Shown here: positions 1-6,807 of the stretch, one piece after another
How positions within the stretch are numbered: the first letter of the stretch is position 1
Layout of the letters: every line of letters begins with the position of its first letter
Source of the DNA: Zygophlyctis sp. KS116
Lineage: Eukaryota; Fungi; Chytridiomycota
Assembly (NCBI GenBank): GCA_054661495.1
Contig: BAAFSQ010000401.1
Coordinates: forward strand, 1 to 7,708
Direction of reading: 5' to 3'
DNA length: 7,708 bases
Translations under genes and position numbers: made by a program
Notes under the pieces: generated by a model
Seen by the model: the letters and a program-made list of their open reading frames with translations, nothing else
Told to the model about the DNA's origin: nothing
Database searches by the model: none

Positions 1-545
1 ATTCCAAAGCACAATCACATCAGTCAAACTTATTCTCTACTCAGGATTCGTTTCAGTTTTCATTCTAATTCTCGTTAGTACTTCATTTCCTCAAAACTGC
101 TCAACGATCAGCATTCCAAGTATGACTATTAATTTGCTCTAATAAAAATAAGCCATGAACCATTTAATGTTTTTATATCAGATCGCTTCATTCTTATTTC
201 ACGTTCAAATCTTTCTCAACTTGTCCGAAGTGTGTCTTGAATTTAACAATGATGATTGATGAACAAAAATCACCTTGAACCAATTTAGAGTATCAAATAA
301 AATGATCAATACAATCAAACATTAAGAGTAAATATAGAATCTAATCAACGAACAGACTAATCAACAAACTTGGCGCTCAACAGACTCAGAAGCTAGTACG
401 ATAGAAAACTTTTAAATGATATGGTTGAATTTAAGTCTCTGTTTAAAAGTATTTGAGTTGGTCAGAGGGATATCAAGTCATAAACCATTTTTTTATTTTT
501 ATCCATATCAATCGATGATATAATTTCTGGTGATTCATTGTCTAC

Positions 546-634
546 GTTTTTTGTTTTTTTCTTTGAGTTTTATAATTTTTTGTTGTTTTCTTTCAGTTTT
601 AAAGTTTTTTTGTTGTTTTCTTTGAGTTTTTAAG
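546..634. repeat. Imperfect ~30-bp T-rich tandem repeat, 3 copies
   Basis: Core TTTTTTG(T)TGTTTTCTTT(G/C)AGTTTT recurs at a 29-30 nt period (e.g. tgttgttttc at 581 and 611). It lies just downstream of the stop codon of the minus-strand gene at 662. Confidence 0.85.
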
Positions 635-661
635 TATGGTTTATGACTTATGGCACTGTAA

Positions 662-1334
662 TCATTGGATTGTGGACCAAAGCAATTGATTCACAGAATC
701 AGTTAGTGCAGAAGTGACAGGAATTTTTGTTCCGTCTGGCGAAGTATAAAATGCATTGTTCTTTAGGGCAATGTTTGCACTATTGCAGGCCAGGGAAGAT
801 GGTGAACCAGTGGATCCATCAAATGACCACTTGCCACAATTTTTGCGAACGTCTCTCCATAGTGGTGACAAGCTTGTGATCATCTGGTCAGTTCTTTCTC
901 TGCAATTTCGTATGCGAGTTGCATCCCCTCTAATGTAATCGGAGTTACATATATAACCAATAACATTCAAACAGTCCTGATATGGGTTTCCACTTGTATC
1001 GCTGTTGCAACTCAACCGGTAACCATCTAAATTTAGAGAAAGACTTGGGCTCTCTTTGTTAGCGGGGTGGCAGGGCCAGTTGAAAGACAAGAAGGTGGAA
1101 TTCCTGATGGTGGGAAAGCAATAGCAGGGGAATTTTTTGTAGCACAACCACATAGCGTAATAGCAGTGCTGCTAGCATATCTTATTATTATATGAAAAAA
1201 GTCTTACTCTTTCATTCCACATATTGCAGTGAAAGCTCGACTTAAGAGTGTATTGTTGTGAAGCCACCTGTGGATTTAAATTTTCTTAAAATAAAGGCAG
1301 CTAAAGTCAATGTCAAGATCTTGTTGTCAAGCAT
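662..1334 (-). CDS. Hypothetical Cys-rich, probably secreted protein; 5' part frame-disrupted (possible pseudogene)
   Basis: The C-terminal part 1045-662 reads cleanly (SLSLNLDGYRLSCNSDTSGNPYQDCLNVIGYICNS...CGKWSFDGSTGSPSSLACNSANIALKNNAFY...LWSTIQ*, 6 Cys, TGA at 664-662). ATG at 1334 opens a signal-peptide-like stretch MLDNKILTLTLAAFI. A typical 27-nt GTAAGA...AAG intron lies at 1207-1181. No fully canonical splicing joins 1334 to 662 in one frame. Confidence 0.5.
1181..1207 (-). other. Spliceosomal intron, 27 nt (gene at 662-1334)
   Basis: gtaagacttttttcatataataataag on the minus strand has the same size and composition as the other introns. An alternative acceptor at 1172 would give 36 nt. 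Confidence 0.6.
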
Positions 1335-1602
1335 TTGTTTTGATTTTTTGAAAGAGAATAGTGGATCGGACGCCCTTTTACAGTTATATTTGGGGGTGGA
1401 AAGTCTCGTGAAGAGGCGCTTCTAGAAGGATCATTCATAATGCATGACTGGGTGGAAATAAATGTTGTTTGTAGAGTTCTGAAACCATTTAGCCAAATAC
1501 TAGATCTTGCAAAACATCCAAACTTGTCCGAAACCCTCGAGATAGATTGAGACTAGTAATAAATGTTTTTAAATCATCAAAAGAGTATCATAATTATTAA
1601 AA

Positions 1603-1641
1603 AGTCCAACATATTAGTCCAAAATATTAGTCCAACATATT
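1603..1641. repeat. 13-bp tandem repeat AGTCCAA(C/A)ATATT x3 upstream of pyruvate kinase
   Basis: agtccaacatatt (1603-1615), agtccaaaatatt (1616-1628), agtccaacatatt (1629-1641). Confidence 0.92.
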
Positions 1642-1742
1642 CCAATTTCTCTCTAAAATCTAAGTCAAGAGCAGCCGACAATCCACAAAACCCTGGATCT
1701 AGGCAGTCAATTTGCACTAAACACAAGGGATAAAAGTAAAGA

Positions 1743-3462
1743 ATGGCATTGGATGATGACTATATCGCTTCTTCAGGTAAGCATATGCCAACTGATAGTA
1801 GACCGCCCAGTTCAAATAAAATCCAAAATCATTTGCACAATAGGTATTATCAATATGATCATTTATGCAAGGCCCAAAGACTCAGTCTGTGTCTGCGATC
1901 GGCCAACTGGTTGAGGCAGGAATGAATGTTGTCCGAATGAATTTTAGTCATGGAAATCATGAATATCATGCTGAAACAATTAAAAATCTTCGACAGTACT
2001 TGGCAGACTGTAAAACTCCTAAAAATGTTGCAATTCTTTTAGATACAAAAGGCCCTGAAATCAGGTAAATAGAATGAACTAATCGTTTTAGAACTGGAAA
2101 GTTGGAAGGTAATAAGGAAGTTCAGTTAAAGGCGGGAACTAAATTTACATTTCATAATGATACTTCTCGTCTCGGAAATTCTACTCAGGTTTGTACCACT
2201 TACAAATCGTTACCATATTCAGTCAAACCAAAGGATAGAATATTGGTTGGTGATGGGTTGATTGGATTTTTAGTGACTGAATGCAAGCCTGAATTTGGTG
2301 AAGTTTTGACAATTGTTGAAAATGATGGAATGTTGGGAGAAACAAAAAGTGTAAATTTACCAAATATCAAGGTTGATTTACCTGCAATCACTAAAAAAGA
2401 TATTGTAAGTCTTTAAAATTCTCAAAATAGGATGATATCTTATTTGGTATTGAACAAAAGGTTGATTTTATTGCAGCCTCTTTTATAAGAAAAGCTTCAG
2501 ATGTTTTAGAAATTAAGCAATTACTAAAAGGAACCAGTATTAAAATCATTTCTAAAATTGAAAATCAAGAAGGTTTGGATAATTTTGATGAAATTTTACA
2601 AGTCACTGATGGAATTATGGTTGCTAGAGGTGATTTGGGAGTAGAAGTTCCAGTTGAAATGGGTAAATTTAAGACTTTTTTAAATTTTATAGTTGCTAGA
2701 TATCAAAAAATGATGATTCGTAAATGTAATATTGCAGGAAAACCTGTAGTTACAGCAACTCAAATGCTGGAATCAATGATTATGAATCCTAGACCAACTA
2801 GAGCAGAAGCTACAGACGTTGCAAATGCAGTTCTAGATGGCTCTGATTGTGTCATGTTATCAGGTGAAACTGCCAAAGGTAAATCCCTTTAAGAAATTTT
2901 ACTTTTAGGAAGCTTCCCAATTGAAGCCGTTGAAATGATGGCAAAAATTTGCCGTGAAGCAGAAGCCGATATTGACTATTCTGAATTATACCCATCTATC
3001 CGTAGACAAGTCCGATTACCTATAAGTCATTCAGAAGCCATTGCCTCTAGTGCTGTTAAAACCAGTTGGGATGTCCATGCTGCTTTAATTATAGTATTAT
3101 CTCAAACTGGAAATACTGCACTTAAAATTGCAAAGTATCGACCTATTGCCCCTGTTTTAGCCGTAACATCTTCCAAAATTGCAGGTATTTTAAATTTTTT
3201 TTTAATTATAATTAGCAAATCAATGTCAAGTCCTTCGTGGTATTTATCCATTATTAGTTGATGACATGTCTGGAACTGATAATATAGTCCATAGAGCCAT
3301 GCTTTGGGGAGTTAAAATGGGAATGGCACAAAGAGGAGATCCTGTAATTTTTAAAATGATAAATTTATTATATAGGTTGTAGTAACTTCTGGAGTTTTAG
3401 AATTAAAATCCGGATCTACTAATCTCATGAGAGTTTTAAAATGTGTAGGATTTGAAGTTTAA
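1743..3462 (+). CDS. PYK: Pyruvate kinase (9 exons, 497 aa)
   Basis: Exons 1743-1776, 1799-1843, 1872-2064, 2092-2404, 2431-2662, 2693-2878, 2909-3184, 3216-3343, 3376-3462 total 1494 nt, open to TAA. Motifs: [87 protein letters not shown]. Confidence 0.98.
1777..1798 (+). other. PYK intron 1, 22 nt (25 nt if the next AG at 1800-1801 is used)
   Basis: gtaagcatatgccaactgatag(tag). Removal puts ATG 1743 in frame with KSKIICTIG. Confidence 0.8.
1844..1871 (+). other. PYK intron 2, 28 nt
   Basis: gtatta...gcaag. Removal restores the conserved CTIG|P. Confidence 0.95.
2065..2091 (+). other. PYK intron 3, 27 nt
   Basis: gtaaat...actaatcgttttag, with a CTAAT branch-point-like motif and an in-frame TAA. 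Removal restores GPEIR|TG. Confidence 0.95.
2405..2430 (+). other. PYK intron 4, 26 nt
   Basis: gtaagt...aaatag. Removal restores KKDI|DDILFG. Confidence 0.95.
2663..2692 (+). other. PYK intron 5, 30 nt (3n, stop-free)
   Basis: gtaaat...ttatag. Removal restores canonical spacing [15 protein letters not shown]. Confidence 0.9.
2879..2908 (+). other. PYK intron 6, 30 nt
   Basis: gtaaat...ttttag with an in-frame TAA. Removal restores ETAKG|SFPIEAV. Confidence 0.95.
3185..3215 (+). other. PYK intron 7, 31 nt
   Basis: gtattt...aattag. Removal restores [15 protein letters not shown]. Confidence 0.93.
3344..3375 (+). other. PYK intron 8, 32 nt
   Basis: gtaatt...tatag. Removal restores RGDP|VVVTSG. 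Confidence 0.93.
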
Positions 3463-3528
3463 GAAATAATAAAAATCTAAATTTTTTCTTTTAAAGAAAT
3501 AAGCTACATATAACCATCAACCTTTATG

Positions 3529-3948
3529 TTAACATGATATACTTACGACACCCTTGACGTCCCTTTCAAAATCCAACTCTGCATGTTCAATCCTTGCATG
3601 GTACTTTAGCCCATTAATATTTCTGTAATACTTTACACAACCCAATTTGCAGTAAAATGGTTTATCAAAATGCTGAGAGACAGCGTTTGGAGAAGAGTCT
3701 GGAGAAATTCCTCTTGATGCGACACAAGTTCCTTTTTCCAAATGATATTTTAGTCCGTTTGAATTCTTGTAAACTTTTGAACAATTTTTCGTTGGACATT
3801 TAAAAGTTTTTCTTGGAAAATTGTTAAAAACTTGAAAACTTTCCACTGGTGTCACAGAGGGAGTTGATAAATATTCTTGCGTAGAAATACTTTCAAGGGC
3901 TTTGGCTGCCTGTTCCCATGCTTCTTGATTGTAAAACGTTTCATTCAT
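3529..3948 (-). CDS. Small Sfp1/JAZF1-like split zinc-finger transcription factor (139 aa, intronless)
   Basis: Two fingers, FKCPTKNCSKVYKNSNGLKYHLEKGTC and KPFYCKLGCVKYYRNINGLKYHARIEH, each carry the Y(K/R)NxNGLKYH signature of Sfp1-family fingers and are separated by a Ser/Pro spacer. The ATG is in an AAAATG context. Confidence 0.88.
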   Translation of the reverse strand: MNETFYNQEAWEQAAKALESISTQEYLSTPSVTPVESFQVFNNFPRKTFKCPTKNCSKVYKNSNGLKYHLEKGTCVASRGISPDSSPNAVSQHFDKPFYCKLGCVKYYRNINGLKYHARIEHAELDFERDVKGVVSISC

Positions 3949-4015
3949 TTTGAGAGATTTTTTAAACTTTTGAACCCTTGATGTTTAACCTGTTGCAGAC
4001 CCTGCACTTTCAACT

Positions 4016-4038
4016 TTTAACAGGAAATTTAACAGGAA
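4016..4038. repeat. 11-bp direct repeat TTTAACAGGAA x2 in the divergent intergenic region
   Basis: Exact copies at 4016-4026 and 4028-4038. Confidence 0.8.
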
Positions 4039-4103
4039 TTTCCTTGCAATTGTTGACGCGACTCTCAACACGAAAAAAACACGCAAATTTCATCAATTGT
4101 AAA

Positions 4104-5160
4104 ATGGAATATTTTGATGTAAAAACGTACCAGTACACTATAGATTATCTCTATTCAAGGCTGTCGATTGATTTGAAAGAGGTTCAAGTTGGAATTATTT
4201 GTGGATCGGGATTAGGCGGTCTTGTAAATTGTTTTGATTCGGAAAGGATTGAAATTGATTATAAAGATATTCCACATTTTGCTCTTTCAACTGTACAAGG
4301 GCATCAAGGGAAATTGGTTTTTGGGAAAATGGTGGGGATTCCAGTTGTAGTCATGGTAATTTTAGTTTTGAAATTTTTCAAGGTTGGAAGAAAACACTTG
4401 TATGAAGGTCATTCTATACTAAAGACTGTGTATCCAGTAAGAATAATGAAATTATTAGGAGCTCAAACATTAATAGTTACAAATGCTGCAGGTGGACTTA
4501 ATCCGACTTTTAATATTGGAGATATAATGGTGATTTCTGATCATGTGTCGTTTGCTGGAATGGGTGGGGCAAATCCATTGATTGGGCCAAATGTTTTGGG
4601 TATTTTTTGGAAAATTAAACTTTTATAGAGTTGGGTCCTAGGTTTCCTGCAACTTCTGATGCATATGATTATAAAACTAGGGTATTGGCAATTAAGGCGG
4701 CTATAAAGGCTGGAATTCCTCCTGATATTATAAGAGAAGGAATTTACACGTTTGTTGTAGGTCCAAGTTTTGAAACTAGGGCAGAGGCTAGGTTCTTGAG
4801 GGATGCAGTGGGTGCAGACTGTGTTGGAATGTCTACTGTTCCTGAAGTAGTTGCTGCTAGACATATGGGAATGACTGTTTTGGGGCTAAGTTTGGTAAAA
4901 TTTTACTGTTTTTTTAATAAAAGATTACAAATATGGTTTCAGTTGGTCAGGGTAGATCTGCTCTTTTGCAGGCTAGATATGAATTAGAAAAAGAACAGCA
5001 AGAATCTTCTGGTATATCTACTCCTCCAATGATTGCGGATGATGAAATGAAATTAGCAAATCATGAAGAAGTTCTACATACCTCAAATGTTAGATCTGAT
5101 CAAATGCAACAACTTGTGAAAACATTTTTGGAAATGTCTCAGCATTCAAGATCAAATTAA
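4104..5160 (+). CDS. PNP1: Purine nucleoside phosphorylase, trimeric inosine/guanosine type (4 exons, 323 aa)
   Basis: Exons 4104-4355, 4383-4599, 4629-4894, 4924-5160 total 972 nt. Motifs: GIICGSGLGGL, STVQGHQGKLVFG, GRKHLYEG, VTNAAGGLNP, NPLIGPN..GPRFP, GPSFETRAE, GADCVGMSTVPE, SLITN (Asn that specifies 6-oxopurines), ANHEEVL. Start at AAAATG 4104. Confidence 0.97.
4356..4382 (+). other. PNP intron 1, 27 nt (3n, stop-free)
   Basis: gtaatt...ttcaag. Removal restores VVVM|VGRKHLYEG (family consensus VxMQGRFHxYEG). Confidence 0.9.
4600..4628 (+). other. PNP intron 2, 29 nt
   Basis: gtattt...ttatag. Removal restores GPNVLELGPRFP. Confidence 0.93.
4895..4923 (+). other. PNP intron 3, 29 nt
   Basis: gtaaaa...taaaag. 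Removal restores LGLSL|ITN. Confidence 0.93.
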
Positions 5161-5237
5161 ATCTGCATTAATTTTCACAAGTCAAACAAAAACGAATTGT
5201 GTATATTATAAATTAATAGATCGTATACATTATTAGA

Positions 5238-6225
5238 TTATTCAAACTTGACAAAGAAATCATGTCTGAGAGCTGATGAAACAAGTATTCTATAGTGTGG
5301 ATTATACTGCAACATTTTCTAAAAGTTATCAATTAATATTTACAGAAATTAAATCCAATCCCGATCTATTACATCCAGGAATTAAAGATTCTAATGAAAC
5401 TTCAGGAGGGGTTTTTACAAAATTAAATGATATTCCTGGAATATATTGTATATCTTTTATCGAAGGTATTCCCAACTTTCTATGTTATAAGTGGATTAAA
5501 GTCTTACCGATTAATTTCTGCAAGTACTGCAAAAGATGAATTATTTTCTACATTAAACAATGGTCTTCCTCTAAACATCTCTGCAAAAATGCATCCCAAA
5601 GACCAAATATCAACTGCCAGAGGATAAATCTTGCATTCTAAAAAGATCTCTGGTGGACGATATATTTGAGTTACAGTCTATAATTTAAGAATTTATAAAT
5701 CACATTTGGTGAAATTGGTCCCATTGGAAACGATATTCTCCTAGAAAGTCCGAAATCAGCAATTTTGATTGTCATATCTCTACATACCAGAATGTTTGAT
5801 GGTTTCAAATCCCTATGAATAACTGCTCTAAAATGACAATGTTCCAATCCCATTAAAATCTGCATAGTAAAATTCCTAACTTCATCTAACGGCAGTCCAT
5901 TAGAGAAATTTGCCAAATATCTTTGTAAATCTATATCTGCGTACTCCATTACAAGAAACATATTTAATGTATCATCAGAATTCTTTGATGGAAAGCGAAA
6001 TACATGTTGCAATTGCACCACATTTGGATGGTTACGTATCCGTTTCAGCATTCCTATTTCGCGTACAGTTGACGCTGCTATTGCTTCCGGATCATACGTT
6101 GTCTTTTTAATAGCAACAATTTCACCGCTAAGTCTAGAACGGGCCTTGTAAACTTTTCCATAAACACCTTGTCCCATTGTTTCTATTTTATCATAATCAC
6201 GCCAGATAGACTCTTTTCCAATCAT
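5238..6225 (-). CDS. Cyclin-dependent kinase-like Ser/Thr kinase (CMGC/CDK), divergent non-PSTAIRE (4 exons, 302 aa)
   Basis: Exons 6225-5704, 5677-5508, 5479-5344, 5318-5238 total 909 nt. Motifs: [95 protein letters not shown]. The start is uncertain because in-frame upstream ATGs exist at 6315, 6456 and 6465. Confidence 0.93.
5319..5343 (-). other. CDK intron 3, 25 nt
   Basis: gtaaatattaattgataacttttag. Removal restores GLDLIS|KMLQYNP. Confidence 0.93.
5480..5507 (-). other. CDK intron 2, 28 nt
   Basis: gtaagactttaatccacttataacatag. Removal restores EINR|KLGIP (cf. IFRxLGTP). Confidence 0.93.
5678..5703 (-). other. CDK intron 1, 26 nt
   Basis: gtgatttataaattcttaaattatag. Removal restores ISPN|[10 protein letters not shown]. 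Confidence 0.93.
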
Positions 6226-6807
6226 TCTCTTCTTAAATTCTGGTTGGTACTTGTTGAAATGCAAATCCTTCGCGTCGCGTTTGCGCCTACAACTGATCCG
6301 ATACGAAGAATGCATTGAGAATTGGACCAGTACCAGCGACAGAGTTAGACGGTTGTTTAACAGTAAATTGTAATGGCACTCGATTGATTTTCTGCGTTCT
6401 GTCAGAGTTGCTCGTCCAACAAATAAGAAAGACGGGATAACTGCCAGCAGCCCCATTATTCCCATTATACGAGAGGATTGTCCAGATTTTAGGAATCCAA
6501 GTTGACTTTCCTAGAATTACACTATCTCGATCATATTGAAAGCTAAGTATAAAGAAAAGTATTCAATTTAAAGTTTTATTTGTACCTGTTCTGGGTGATT
6601 TGTAACAAGAATTAAATTTTCCCATAATGGAAATAGTGGATTTATAGACTTGGTAGAATAATAAATATGTTTTTATACTTTTCGAGCATATTAGAATAAT
6701 AAAGCAATCTTGTGGGACACATCTTCCAAGAATGTCAAATCTTGAGACTGTGGCGCACGAGCGCTCCCACGCCGAGTTTGTGCCCAACAGAAAGAAACTG
6801 CCAATTG

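Noticed and set aside
1-480. Possible gene fragment or decayed coding sequence (a + frame open 2-142; stop-riddled frames elsewhere; small ctaatcaac duplication near 341-365)
   Set aside because: No recognisable motif and no consistent exon structure. It needs the upstream sequence or a homology search.
546-634. CRISPR array or Lys-rich peptide repeat
   Set aside because: No spacers, eukaryotic context, unit lengths break the frame, and there is no start codon.
1172-1174. In-frame TAG as evidence of stop-codon reassignment (no complete gene in the window ends in TAG)
   Set aside because: No in-frame TAG or TAA occurs in the spliced PYK, PNP, CDK, zinc-finger or CRN frames. The single case is in a disrupted gene and can be explained by another frame or acceptor.
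1419-1432. Heat-shock-element-like TTCtaGAAggATC
   Set aside because: Only two perfect nGAAn units, which is easily a chance match.
218-1532. 12-bp match aacttgtccgaa at 218-229 and 1521-1532 flanking the Cys-rich gene (possible target-site duplication)
   Set aside because: A 12-mer match is expected by chance in a window of this size, and there are no terminal inverted repeats or transposase.
1777-3375. PYK intron lengths rise 5' to 3' (22/25, 28, 27, 26, 30, 30, 31, 32)
   Set aside because: Seen in one gene only and not reproduced in the CDK gene (26, 28, 25). Too few data.
1743-3462. Fragmented PYK, PNP and CDK ORFs read as pseudogenes or programmed frameshifts
   Set aside because: Every break is bounded by GT...AG, and removal restores conserved motifs and normal protein lengths.
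3978-4103. 42-aa N-terminal extension of PNP in the ORF track
   Set aside because: It would leave under 30 bp for two divergent promoters, crosses a direct repeat and has no PNP similarity. AAAATG at 4104 is the better start. A targeting extension is not strictly excluded.
4933-5055. Long insertion between ITN and ANHEEV in PNP
   Set aside because: Fungal PNPs commonly have a variable-length loop at this position, so it is not clearly unusual.
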